Shown one piece after another: positions 27,177 through 36,312 of a stretch of 64,000 bases of DNA (its first letter is position 1; each line of letters starts with the position of its first letter). The DNA comes from Pseudomonadota bacterium (GTDB lineage Bacteria; Pseudomonadota; Alphaproteobacteria; Sphingomonadales; CAKZYD01): positions 23,250-87,249 of the forward strand of contig JBCCAR010000003.1 in the NCBI GenBank assembly GCA_039814715.1, written 5' to 3'. The notes under the pieces are model-generated. The model saw only the letters and a program-made list of their open reading frames with translations. It made no database searches and was not told the origin of the DNA. The translations under genes were made by a program, and so were the position numbers.

Positions 27177-28366
27177 AGCGCTGACGCCGCCTTTGCGAAG
27201 CGGTCCAGGCCAGCTGATAAATCCTCTATAAGGTCGGCTGTATCCTCTAAACCGATATGTAGGCGAAGCGCAGGTCCCGGAAAGTTTGGTTTGTTTGCCG
27301 TCCGTATCCCACGAAAGCGTAGCGGCAAAATCAAGCTTTCAAACCCGCCCCAGCTAAAGCCCATCTTAAAATGCGCCATGTGATCGAGCAGGGGGCGCAG
27401 ATGTTCGCGCTCCCCCATTCTCAGCGTAAAACTAAATAAACCGCTCGCACCTTTAAAGTCCCGCTTCCAAAGGTCGTGGCTAGGAAAGCTTGTGAGGGCA
27501 GGGTGCATGACTTTGTCCACCACTGGGTGCGCCTCTAAAAAAGTGGCTACCTCCATGGCAGCTTGCTCATGCTGGCGCAGGCGCAGCGGCAACGTGCGCA
27601 GGCCTCTTAAAGCCAGATAGGCGTCATCAGGCGCTGCGCAGAGGCCAAGGCGAAAAACAGTGGTTTCCGCGCGCGGCCAATAGGCCTCATTGGCCATGAT
27701 GCAGCCGAGCATGGCATCGGAATGACCAACAACATATTTCGTCAGCGCTTGTACGCTGATGTCGACGCCGTGATCGAAAGGGTTAAAGAATAGGCCTGTC
27801 GCCCAGGTGTTGTCCATGATGACAGCCGCGCCATGCGCATGCGCAACGCTTGAAATAGCTGGAATATCTTGAATTTCAAACGTTAGCGAGCCAGGGCTTT
27901 CGCAGAAAATGACCGCAGTATTGTCGCGCATCAAGGTTTGGATATCTGCCCCCATGCAAGGATCATAGTAGGTCGTCGAAACACCCATGTCCTTCAATAA
28001 GCCCTGGCAAATGCCGCGGGTTGGCTCATAGGCGGTGTCGACCATGAGGAGGTGATCGCCCGGCTTTAAGGCGGCAAGCAGGCTTGCCGCAATGGCCGAT
28101 ACGCCAGAGGGCGTCAGCCTGCATCCAGCTGCGCCCGGCTCGGTTCCAATCAGAGCCTCTTGCAGCGCCCACTGTGTCGGCGTGCCGCGCCGGCCATAGT
28201 ACAGACCGGCATCAGGATTGGAAACGGCATGATCGAATTCTTCCAGGGTCTCAAATACGCAAGTCGACGCATGATAGACGGGTGGATTGACGATGCCACT
28301 GGTCCATTCCTTGCGGCGGCCGGCATGTACTATTTGTGTATTCGGGCGATAAGGCGCGTGGCTCAT
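27173..28366 (-). CDS. metC: Cystathionine beta-lyase (Cys/Met metabolism PLP enzyme)
   Basis: 397 aa. N-terminal TQIVHAGRR...GIVNPPVYHASTCVF and the overall family pattern. It follows sseA in the same orientation. Confidence 0.75.
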   Translation of the reverse strand: MSHAPYRPNTQIVHAGRRKEWTSGIVNPPVYHASTCVFETLEEFDHAVSNPDAGLYYGRRGTPTQWALQEALIGTEPGAAGCRLTPSGVSAIAASLLAALKPGDHLLMVDTAYEPTRGICQGLLKDMGVSTTYYDPCMGADIQTLMRDNTAVIFCESPGSLTFEIQDIPAISSVAHAHGAAVIMDNTWATGLFFNPFDHGVDISVQALTKYVVGHSDAMLGCIMANEAYWPRAETTVFRLGLCAAPDDAYLALRGLRTLPLRLRQHEQAAMEVATFLEAHPVVDKVMHPALTSFPSHDLWKRDFKGASGLFSFTLRMGEREHLRPLLDHMAHFKMGFSWGGFESLILPLRFRGIRTANKPNFPGPALRLHIGLEDTADLIEDLSAGLDRFAKAASAL

Positions 28367-28372
28367 AGGGGA

Positions 28373-29227
28373 TTAGGCGCCTGTCTCAATTGGCGTGTCG
28401 CTGCGTTCGCCCCATTCAGACCAACTGCCATCATAGAGGGCGACTTCGCGCGCGCCGATTTTCTCAAGCGCAAAAGCCAGGACTGAGGCGGTCACGCCCG
28501 AGCCGCATGTGGTCACGACGGGTTTGCCTATATCTACGCCTGCCGCCTCAAAAGCCGACGCGAGCTCTTCGTCCGCTTTGAGCGTGCCGTCAGCATTGAA
28601 CAATTTGCTGTAGGGGACATTCAAAGCGCCTGGAATATGGCCCGCGCGCATATTCGGGCGCGGTTCAGGCGTGGCACCGGAGAAACGCTCTGCTGATCGG
28701 GCGTCGACCACTTGTTCTGTATTGGCGCTCAAATTTCGGGTCATCTGTTCCAGCCCGCGCAAAGAGAAGGAGTTGATGCGCGGGGTAAAATGGCGTGCCT
28801 TTGGAACTGGCGGCAGAAAATCGGTCGGCTTGTCTTCAGCCTCCCATTTGCGAAATCCGCCGTCTAACACGGCAACATCCGTATGGCCGAAATATCGCAA
28901 AAGCCACCAGCCGCGGAAGGCCGAGGCGATATCAGATTTGTCATAGAAGACAACACGGTTGCCATCGCCAATGCCAAGCTTGCGCATGTGCAACGCGAAT
29001 TTCTCAAAGCTTGGCAATTTGTTGCCAGGGTCTTCTGCTCCTGCCGTCAGGCTTGCCATGTCCATGAAGACGGCCTCTGGGATGTGGCTATCTTCATACT
29101 CAGCTTTCGCGTCTCGCTTCGCATCTGGTAAATGTAGGCTCGCATCGACGATACGCACATCGGGCGCATTTAGGTGTCTTGCAAGCCAATCGGTGGAAAC
29201 AAGAGCGGAAAAGTCTGGCATCGGCAT
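28373..29227 (-). CDS. sseA: 3-mercaptopyruvate sulfurtransferase (tandem rhodanese)
   Basis: 284 aa with two rhodanese domains and the active-site loop TCGSGVTA. Confidence 0.8.
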   Translation of the reverse strand: MPMPDFSALVSTDWLARHLNAPDVRIVDASLHLPDAKRDAKAEYEDSHIPEAVFMDMASLTAGAEDPGNKLPSFEKFALHMRKLGIGDGNRVVFYDKSDIASAFRGWWLLRYFGHTDVAVLDGGFRKWEAEDKPTDFLPPVPKARHFTPRINSFSLRGLEQMTRNLSANTEQVVDARSAERFSGATPEPRPNMRAGHIPGALNVPYSKLFNADGTLKADEELASAFEAAGVDIGKPVVTTCGSGVTASVLAFALEKIGAREVALYDGSWSEWGERSDTPIETGA

Positions 29228-29328
29228 GTCTCACGAGTTGCGGGAAGATTTGATTTAATCCATCTCACAGCGCTACGCCAGCGCTTTGCGGCCTTGACGG
29301 CTGCGCTCCCCCGCTGCACTAACGGCAT

Positions 29329-29793
29329 ATGAGCAACGAAACAATCTATTCAGACCTGTCGCAACTTGGCACACCAACCGCGCAGCCCACATCGCCAGAT
29401 GAGGCGGTGCTGGAACTTGTCGATAATCCTCGACCCAGCGCTTACGTTGTGCGCTTTACATGCCCGGAGTTCACGTCGCTTTGCCCAGTGACCAGCCAGC
29501 CAGATTTTGCGCACCTCGTCATCGATTACATTCCAGCGCGAACAATTGTGGAATCCAAGTCACTGAAGCTCTACCTGCAAAGCTTTCGCAATCATGCCGC
29601 CTTCCATGAGGATTGCACAGTGGGCATCGGTCAACGGCTTTTTGATGAGCTCAATCCAAAATGGCTGCGTATTGGCGGCTATTGGTATCCACGCGGAGGG
29701 ATCCCCATTGATGTATTTTCACAATGGGGCAGTGCGCCAGCTGGCGTTTGGATCCCCGACCAAGGGGTGGCGCCATACCGCGGTCGCGGCTAA
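29329..29793 (+). CDS. queF: NADPH-dependent 7-cyano-7-deazaguanine (preQ0) reductase, type I
   Basis: 154 aa. Catalytic Cys context [14 protein letters not shown] and the QueF motif ESKSLKLYL. Confidence 0.85.
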   Translation: MSNETIYSDLSQLGTPTAQPTSPDEAVLELVDNPRPSAYVVRFTCPEFTSLCPVTSQPDFAHLVIDYIPARTIVESKSLKLYLQSFRNHAAFHEDCTVGIGQRLFDELNPKWLRIGGYWYPRGGIPIDVFSQWGSAPAGVWIPDQGVAPYRGRG

Positions 29794-30617
29794 CCGCTAG
29801 CGTCTTTGCTGCAACTTGCCTGCATCCAGCGTAGATTGATACCGATACGCTCTGCCTGCGGATTTGCCCAGGTATAGCTGGCCGCTTTGTCGGGGTTTTC
29901 TGGCTTGTGCACGTAGAGCACCAAAGATGGCCGAGAGCGGCCATATGGCCACACTGCTTGACGCATTTTTAAACCAACACGCTGGGGCGGTGTTTCGTCT
30001 GTATCAACCCACGTTTCGCCGCCTTGATCGTGTAGCGGTACGCCTGCCTTAAAAAACCATCCCTCGCCATTTTTGCGCGGCAGCGTGACCCAGCAGCTAA
30101 ACTCATTCGCGCGGGTCATCGGTAAAGCTGGCCGTTCTTTTGTTGCAGCAAGCTGCAGCCCATATGGAAGAACCGTTAGCCGCTCGCCAAAGGGGCAGTT
30201 TTTGTTCTTGCGCCCAGCAAAGGTCACTTCAAATCCGTCCAGCAGAGCAGTGGCTGCCCCAGAACAGACTGGCTTGTCACCCTGCGCCGTGACGCTGAGT
30301 GTCTCATCTGAAGCGACGATATCCAGCCACAGGATGGGCGCTAGGTCCGTGTTGCTTGAGGTTACGCGCAAACGGCCTTCTTCCTGCGTGACCGTCAGTT
30401 CCAGCACAGCATCAAAAGGCTCAGCACCTGGCGGCGTTAGTGCTTTAGAGAACGCTGCTTGTTCTTTGTTTGTGAAGTGGCCTTGAAACAGCTCTACAAG
30501 CTGGGCTTGCCGCTTCTTCAAAGTCCCTGCCAGGCTGATATCGTCCTGGGCCAGGGCAGGGCCCGCGATCATGGCGAGCACCACCCCAGCGATAATCGGC
30601 AGTCGCTTAATGGCCAC
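29790..30617 (-). CDS. Exported CpcT/CpeT-like (DUF1001-type beta-barrel) protein, function unknown
   Basis: Signal peptide [22 protein letters not shown], then the [10 protein letters not shown] motif reminiscent of the CpcT/CpeT family. The start is set to GTG 30617, overlapping the upstream stop by 11 nt; the tracked ORF starts at 30692. Confidence 0.4.
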   Translation of the reverse strand: MAIKRLPIIAGVVLAMIAGPALAQDDISLAGTLKKRQAQLVELFQGHFTNKEQAAFSKALTPPGAEPFDAVLELTVTQEEGRLRVTSSNTDLAPILWLDIVASDETLSVTAQGDKPVCSGAATALLDGFEVTFAGRKNKNCPFGERLTVLPYGLQLAATKERPALPMTRANEFSCWVTLPRKNGEGWFFKAGVPLHDQGGETWVDTDETPPQRVGLKMRQAVWPYGRSRPSLVLYVHKPENPDKAASYTWANPQAERIGINLRWMQASCSKDASG

Positions 30618-31560
30618 CGGCGCTTGCGCTCTTTTTTTCTTTTGCCATGCGCTCACTGAGTTTTTTCTTAAACACCGTCCAACTGGTCTCATTGGGGCGA
30701 GCGTCGTCAGGTGGCGGGGCGCTTACGTATTTGGGGAAGCGTTTTTCTAGCGCGCCGCGCAGCACTTGCGGGAGTTCAGCAATACCGTTCAGTTTTTGGC
30801 CGGCGGCATTTGCCACCATCAGGCCTGGACGTGACCCCATTTCCATCCAAGGCAGCCACTGCGCAATACGCACCCAGGCCACAGTTGGGAAGGCGACAGG
30901 GCTGGACGCATCGAGAATGTCGTCTTCTTCCATGATGAAATCGAAAATCTCCATGGCATGGTAGTGATTGCCCACATATGTCTGGAAATCCCCGCCAAGT
31001 GCGTTGGTATAAAACAATGGGACCTCCGCCAGCATAAAGACTTTGCCGTTTTTGATCCGCAATGGGAGCGTAAAATCCTTGCCATCACGGGTTTTAGCGA
31101 ACGTCGCGCCGCGGCTGTTCACCGGGTCATTGGCGACATGGATCACTTCGACAGTTTCTCCCGTAAATGGGTTCTCCCATTCATCTATGATTTCGTTCGT
31201 CTTGGGGTCCAGATACAGCATGATTTCGCGGCTCACCATGCGGTAGCCAGTGCCGCGCTTTTTATCTTTGACCGTAACGCACTGGCGCACATTCATGCCT
31301 TGTAAGTTAAAGAGATGGCGATCGCGTTCCCCTTGTCGGCGGCTGTAAAGGCGCCCCTGCCAATGATAGACAATGTCTTTGCCATCTTCCGCGCTGCAGT
31401 GAATTTTCCGGTTTAGGGTAATCGCGTCGTTAGGATCATTGGGATCGAGCTTATGATCATCTGCTAGCGCACTGGTTGCGCCGATGGCGAGGCCGAAAAG
31501 GCCATGTAAAAGGTGTTTCAAAGGCATCAAGATGCTCCCTTTCTTGGTTTTTGTAGTCAT
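30607..31560 (-). CDS. DUF1838-like exported protein
   Basis: 317 aa with a signal peptide (LLHGLFGLAIGATSALADD). The body resembles DUF1838 proteins (YHWQGRLYSR..., NHYHAMEIFDF). The family call is from memory. Confidence 0.45.
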   Translation of the reverse strand: MTTKTKKGSILMPLKHLLHGLFGLAIGATSALADDHKLDPNDPNDAITLNRKIHCSAEDGKDIVYHWQGRLYSRRQGERDRHLFNLQGMNVRQCVTVKDKKRGTGYRMVSREIMLYLDPKTNEIIDEWENPFTGETVEVIHVANDPVNSRGATFAKTRDGKDFTLPLRIKNGKVFMLAEVPLFYTNALGGDFQTYVGNHYHAMEIFDFIMEEDDILDASSPVAFPTVAWVRIAQWLPWMEMGSRPGLMVANAAGQKLNGIAELPQVLRGALEKRFPKYVSAPPPDDARPNETSWTVFKKKLSERMAKEKKSASAGGH

Positions 31561-31568
31561 CTGATTGG

Positions 31569-32312
31569 CTATGTCTTGCGATCAAATTTCAGGTGATAAG
31601 CGTAGCGATCTCCAGGGTGATAGGAGATGGAGACCATGGCTGGTCCTTCACGGTCGTAGTAGGCGCGAGTGGCCAATAGCCCTGGTTGCGGGGGCGCACA
31701 TTCCAGCGCCTGGCAATCTTGCGGACTTAAAATAACCGCTCGGATTTCCTGCTCGACTTGTTCGATGCTGTTGCCTGAAAAAATCTCAAATTCGTTGAAT
31801 AAAGCGCCACGATTGCCTTGCACCTTTTCTGCCACGCCCCGGTATTTAGGCGGCATATAAACGTGAGAAATCGCGACCGGTCGGCGCAGGTGCTTTTGAA
31901 AGGCAAAGGCACGGCGATAGGTCCAGCCCGCCGTTTCTGTATCATCGACATAGCGGTGCAGGCTGTCGGGAAGGTCCATAATTTCAGGCGCAGATAAATC
32001 AAACTTCACATCCGTCGCGTATTGGATCAGGTCTTCCAGGCTACCGAGCTCTTGCTGGAACAAAGTGGCGCGCTCTTGGCTCGTGACGACGGTACCTGAG
32101 CCCTGCCTGCGTGAGACGATGTTTGCGTCTTGGAGGCGCCTTAAAGCCTCGCGTATTGTGTAGCGCGAGACGCTATAGGTGCCGCACAGCTCGGTTTCTG
32201 TAGGGAGGGCGGTGCCGACGGGGAAATCCCCGGTCTCAATGCGCTGGCGTAAATCTGCAGCGACTTCGATGTAGCGCGGCGTGCGCTTTATTTCAGGTTC
32301 GATATCAGCCAT
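31569..32312 (-). CDS. GntR-family transcriptional regulator (HutC/UTRA subfamily)
   Basis: N-terminal winged HTH LPTETELCGTYSVSRYTIREALRRL. The C-terminal domain of about 150 aa has UTRA length. Confidence 0.8.
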   Translation of the reverse strand: MADIEPEIKRTPRYIEVAADLRQRIETGDFPVGTALPTETELCGTYSVSRYTIREALRRLQDANIVSRRQGSGTVVTSQERATLFQQELGSLEDLIQYATDVKFDLSAPEIMDLPDSLHRYVDDTETAGWTYRRAFAFQKHLRRPVAISHVYMPPKYRGVAEKVQGNRGALFNEFEIFSGNSIEQVEQEIRAVILSPQDCQALECAPPQPGLLATRAYYDREGPAMVSISYHPGDRYAYHLKFDRKT

Positions 32313-32384
32313 CGGACTTCTGATTTGATACGTTCACAGAGGCTGCAGCATGAAGAAAGAGCGCCATAAATCAACTTGATTCGT

Positions 32385-32400
32385 ATTTGTCTGGACAAAT
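32385..32400. promoter_or_regulatory. Candidate GntR operator (16-bp palindrome)
   Basis: ATTTGTC-TG-GACAAAT lies in the divergent gntR / prpD-like intergenic region, 27 nt before the prpD-like ATG. It contains the GT...AC core typical of GntR sites. Confidence 0.45.
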
Positions 32401-32426
32401 TTTTTCTGCAAGTTAGCTAGAACGTT

Positions 32427-33806
32427 ATGGAAAACACTGCTCGAGATCGCCTTGCCGCCCGCACTGCAATCTTAAATCACGTCGCGCAAACGACGAGCGA
32501 AGATATTCCGGAAGCTGCTTGGCAGGCGGCGCGCGTTTTCCTGCTCGATACCGTTGGCGTTGGTCTTGCGGGGTCTGCTGCAGATGGGGCAGATGCACTG
32601 GTCGCAGCGGCAACCACTTGGGGCAGCGGCGACGTGCCGGTATTGGGCCGTACGCTTCTTGTAGCAAAGCCAACGGCTGCGCTTTTGAACGGGTTCTTTA
32701 TCCATAACCTGGAGTGGGACGCGGTCCATGAACCCGCGGTTGTGCATGCTATGTCGGTTATCACCGCTGCGTGTCTCGCGGAAGCTGCCGCGGCGCCCAG
32801 TATTTCGGGCAGGGACTTCACGGCCGCCGTGATTTTGGGCGTTGATATCGCCTCCGGCTTGGGCGTTGCCGCGCAATCTGGCTTACGGTTTTTTAGGCCT
32901 GCAAACGCTGGAACTATTGGCGCTGCGCTCGCGCTAGCGCGTCTGCGCGGGCTTGAACGCGCTGTGTTTGATGATGTGATGGGGCTTGCCTATTCCCAGC
33001 TGTCAGGCACCATGCAGGCACATGTGGAAGGCTCCATAACACTGCCGCTACAAGTCGCAGTCGGCGCCCGATCGGCGATTACAGCTGTCGATATGGCGCA
33101 GGCCGGTCTGACCGCGCCGCATGATGTTTTGGATGGGCCATTTGGTTATTTTAAATTGATTGAAGATGGCGGCAGCGCCCATGCCGTTGCTGAACACTTG
33201 GGCAAGCGCTGGGCCATTGCTGAACTCTCTCACAAACCATATCCGTCCGGCCGGGCAAGCCATGCTGTGTTAGAATTTGTACTCGGCCAGCGCGCTGCCC
33301 ATGGCTTTGAGTTGGAGGAAGTGGTTTGCATTGAGGCCCAGGTACCGCCCCTTATTCACCGGCTGGTGGCCCGGCCTTATAGAGCGCAGATGACTTCGGC
33401 TTATGCGCGGCTATGCTTGCCGTATTTATGCGCTCTGGCTGTACGCGATGGTCAGATTACGCCCACGGCAGCTAGCCGAGAAAATCTGGACGATGAAGCG
33501 TTGGCGGTGTTTGCGGACAAGGTGCAGATCACCAAGAGTGATATCAGCGATCCCAACGCTATGTCGCCGCAAGCTTGCACCATCGTCTTAGCCAACGGGC
33601 AGCGGCTAAGCGATGCACTTCCGCATATATATGGAGCGCCGGACTTCTCGCTCACGCAGGCTGCCTATTTGGGAAAATTTGATCTGGCAACGCAGTTTGC
33701 CCATGCGCCAATCGCAAAAGAAGCCGCAGAGCAACTCAAATTGGATTTGCAGGGCATTGATAGGCTAGCGTCTGTGGCAAACATTTTTTCTGCATGGAAT
33801 TCTTAG
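32427..33806 (+). CDS. MmgE/PrpD-family protein (2-methylcitrate dehydratase-like)
   Basis: 459 aa. The length and N-terminal pattern (LLDTVGVGLAGS...) fit the MmgE/PrpD family. Confidence 0.7.
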   Translation: MENTARDRLAARTAILNHVAQTTSEDIPEAAWQAARVFLLDTVGVGLAGSAADGADALVAAATTWGSGDVPVLGRTLLVAKPTAALLNGFFIHNLEWDAVHEPAVVHAMSVITAACLAEAAAAPSISGRDFTAAVILGVDIASGLGVAAQSGLRFFRPANAGTIGAALALARLRGLERAVFDDVMGLAYSQLSGTMQAHVEGSITLPLQVAVGARSAITAVDMAQAGLTAPHDVLDGPFGYFKLIEDGGSAHAVAEHLGKRWAIAELSHKPYPSGRASHAVLEFVLGQRAAHGFELEEVVCIEAQVPPLIHRLVARPYRAQMTSAYARLCLPYLCALAVRDGQITPTAASRENLDDEALAVFADKVQITKSDISDPNAMSPQACTIVLANGQRLSDALPHIYGAPDFSLTQAAYLGKFDLATQFAHAPIAKEAAEQLKLDLQGIDRLASVANIFSAWNS

Positions 33807-33833
33807 AGACACAAAAGCGAAAGGAGGCCGGAC

Positions 33834-34157
33834 ATGACCCGGGTTTTTGTACTATTCAATTTAAAAGAGGGCGTCAGTGAAGCTGATTATGAGGCGTGGG
33901 CCAAGGCAACCGACATCCCTAATGTGCGCGCGCTTAAATCCGTGGATGGATTTGAGGTGTTTAAAAGCACAGGCTTGATGGGGGGGGATGGAACGCCGCC
34001 TTATGCCTATTTTGAGATCATTGATGTGAATGACATGGAGCAGCTTGGCGACGATGCATCCAGTGAAGCCATGCAAAAAGTAGCTGGTGAGTTCCAAGCA
34101 TTGGCTGACAACCCTGTTTTCATCGTGACTGAAAATCTCGAGGGAGCGGCTGTATGA
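33834..34157 (+). CDS. Small hypothetical protein (possibly ferredoxin-like alpha+beta barrel)
   Basis: 107 aa with an RBS GGAGG upstream. The stop overlaps the SDR start. The fold guess is weak. Confidence 0.4.
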   Translation: MTRVFVLFNLKEGVSEADYEAWAKATDIPNVRALKSVDGFEVFKSTGLMGGDGTPPYAYFEIIDVNDMEQLGDDASSEAMQKVAGEFQALADNPVFIVTENLEGAAV

Positions 34158-35008
34158 CGGTGCAATTTGGCCTCAAAGACAAGGTCATCGTCGTTACTGG
34201 CTCAGGTCGCCCCAAAGGCCTCGGCCAAGGCATTCTCCAACGCTTTGCTGATGAAGGCGCAAAATGCGTCGTGTCAGACCTGGGCGCGCCGCGCGAGCAT
34301 ATGGGCAAGGAGCATATTGGTTCTAGCAGCGATATGGAGGAGGTCACCGACGAGCTCAAAAGCCGCGGCGCGGAGGCCATTTCCATTCCTTGTGACGTGA
34401 CCAAAGAAGAAGACTGTAAAGCCTTGATTTATCAAACTGTTGAGGCCTTTGGGCGTATTGATGTGATCGTTAATAATGCGGGTATTGGCTATATCATGAA
34501 GCCGATGACGCAGGTCACGCAAGACGAGTGGATGGCTGTTCTTGGCGTTAATCTGATGGGCGCGTTTCTCTGCACAAAATATGCTGCCATTCAGATGGAA
34601 AAGCAGGGGCCAAACGCCAATGGTGTTACCGGCCGGATCATCAATATTGCAAGCCAAGCGGGGAAATCGGGCTTTCCGCACATGGCGCCCTATACAGCCT
34701 CAAAACACGGCTTGATCGGCTTAACGCGGTCCAATGCGGTTGAGCTTGGCAAGCTTGGTATCACTGTCAATGCAGTCTGCCCGAACCACGTCACCACAGG
34801 GCTCGGCGCGAAGCAGAATGAGTATTTCTCAAAATACTTCGGCGTGAACCAAGAGGAGTACATGCAAAATATGCGGGCGAAAAACCCCATGGGGCGTCCT
34901 GGTCTGCCGTCGGACACAGCCAATGCTTGCGCGTTCCTTGCCTCTGATGCGGCGCAGTACATAACAGGCGAGGGGCTGAACGTCTCTGGCGGTGAGGAGA
35001 TGCACTAG
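34154..35008 (+). CDS. Short-chain dehydrogenase/reductase (SDR)
   Basis: TGSGRPKGLGQG cofactor loop, NNAG, and catalytic YTASKHG (YxxxK). Confidence 0.85.
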   Translation: MTVQFGLKDKVIVVTGSGRPKGLGQGILQRFADEGAKCVVSDLGAPREHMGKEHIGSSSDMEEVTDELKSRGAEAISIPCDVTKEEDCKALIYQTVEAFGRIDVIVNNAGIGYIMKPMTQVTQDEWMAVLGVNLMGAFLCTKYAAIQMEKQGPNANGVTGRIINIASQAGKSGFPHMAPYTASKHGLIGLTRSNAVELGKLGITVNAVCPNHVTTGLGAKQNEYFSKYFGVNQEEYMQNMRAKNPMGRPGLPSDTANACAFLASDAAQYITGEGLNVSGGEEMH

Positions 35009-35676
35009 TGGAGTGGATTGGCGTTAGCGCGCTCAGTTGGGTCACTCTAGCGCATGTTTTGCTGTTTGTGTTTTGGCTCGGCGCGGATTTTGGTGTTTAT
35101 TATTCAGCGAAATACGTCGCGCGGGCTGACCTGTCTAAAGCAGAAAGATTGCGCTTTTTAGAGCTGCTCATGCGGCTAGATATGTATCCACGCTCGTCTC
35201 TGATTTTGATGCTGCCTGTTGGATTTACGCTTGCGCATTTGGCTGGTTGGGCAAACGTGTCGGTTCCGGTGTTAGCAGCAATTTGGGCTACGGGAGCGAC
35301 TTGGTTTATCCTCATGTGGTCTGTGCATAAAAACCCTCAAGCCATTGTTTTGAAAAGGTTAGACCTTGGGGTGCGCTGGGCCTTTATCTCAGGCCTGATC
35401 GCTCTTGCAGGGATAAGCCTCGGGGCGGGCGTTTGGACCGATCAAGTGTGGCTGTCGTTAAAGCTCGTCTTGTTTGCGGGCGTTATTGGCCTTGGCCTTT
35501 TGCTGCGTGGTTCGGTTGCATTGTGGATCAAAGGGTTTGGCCTGCTCGAGAGCGATCCGGATGCTGGCAACGCCCTGGTGGCCAAAGGCCATAAAGAAGC
35601 GACGCGGTTTGCGCACACCTTGTGGCTTTTGCTTGTTGTGATGGCCTTTTTAGGCATTGCCAAACCTCTGATATAA
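35008..35676 (+). CDS. Integral membrane protein, function unknown
   Basis: 222 aa with about 6 TM helices. The GTG start abuts the SDR stop. Confidence 0.5.
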   Translation: MEWIGVSALSWVTLAHVLLFVFWLGADFGVYYSAKYVARADLSKAERLRFLELLMRLDMYPRSSLILMLPVGFTLAHLAGWANVSVPVLAAIWATGATWFILMWSVHKNPQAIVLKRLDLGVRWAFISGLIALAGISLGAGVWTDQVWLSLKLVLFAGVIGLGLLLRGSVALWIKGFGLLESDPDAGNALVAKGHKEATRFAHTLWLLLVVMAFLGIAKPLI

Positions 35677-35714
35677 AAAACGCTGAGGGGCGGCTTTCCT
35701 CTCAGCGTTTTTTT
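35675..35714. terminator. Bidirectional intrinsic terminator
   Basis: AAAAAA-CGCTGAGGGG-CGGCTTT-CCTCTCAGCG-TTTTTTT lies between convergent genes. Confidence 0.8.
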
Positions 35715-35732
35715 GCTCGTTTCCGCTGCGCG

Positions 35733-36227
35733 TTAAATGCGGTCGGCAGGCTCATCGCGCCAGTTGTCCGTTTTCTTTTCTTCATCAATTAGCGTGCGCA
35801 TGTGGATTTTTCCGCCTTTGAGCCACTGCCAAACGCGTGAGCGATACTTCCCGCAATCTGAGTTGTGGATCATCTCATAGAGATATAGATCATCATCGCC
35901 TTTGCGCACCCAGTTCAGCATGGTGGTGCGGTTATACTCATCAAGCGGAACTTCAGCCGCCCAGCCGTAAATGAGGTCGTTATCGAACCATAAGCGCTTG
36001 TCTTTATATCCGGCCGGAAATTCACGAACTTCTTTTTTGCCGTCTTCCCACTCGTAAATATTAGTCTGATGATAGGGTACGTCAGCCCCCTCATCTGTAA
36101 ACCGGCAAATGAGTTTGGAGCGGTGCGCGTCTATTTGGTTTCCATCGATATCATAATAACGGTACCAGCCAACCCAAACGCCCTCATTTGAGGAAAGAAT
36201 TGGCATATCGGTCTTAATGTCACTCAT
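35733..36227 (-). CDS. Hypothetical protein (164 aa), no recognised domain
   Basis: The start is trimmed to ATG 36227 (MSDIKTDMPIL...), preceded by GAGAGG. Trp/Tyr-rich and probably a beta-rich fold. Confidence 0.45.
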   Translation of the reverse strand: MSDIKTDMPILSSNEGVWVGWYRYYDIDGNQIDAHRSKLICRFTDEGADVPYHQTNIYEWEDGKKEVREFPAGYKDKRLWFDNDLIYGWAAEVPLDEYNRTTMLNWVRKGDDDLYLYEMIHNSDCGKYRSRVWQWLKGGKIHMRTLIDEEKKTDNWRDEPADRI

Positions 36228-36271
36228 GCGGGGCCTCTCTGCTTTTTTTCCGGTTAACCTGTCGAAGGCGG

Positions 36272-36293
36272 AATGACATTGACGTATGTCATT
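36272..36293. promoter_or_regulatory. Candidate Crp/Fnr-family operator (22-bp palindrome)
   Basis: AATGACAT-TGACGT-ATGTCATT has perfect 8-bp arms. Its centre is about 55 nt upstream of ATG 36227, and it lies 20 nt downstream of the Crp-family gene stop. Confidence 0.5.
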
Positions 36294-36312
36294 TTGCCAC
36301 TGTAGGTGGGGG

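Noticed and set aside
29228-29328. A preQ1 riboswitch in front of queF, or a SAM-II-type element in front of the divergent sseA-metC operon.
   Set aside because: I could not recognise the preQ1-I hairpin with an A-rich tail or a convincing SAM-II pseudoknot in either orientation. Only a generic AAAGCG string is present. The claim cannot be supported without a covariance-model search.
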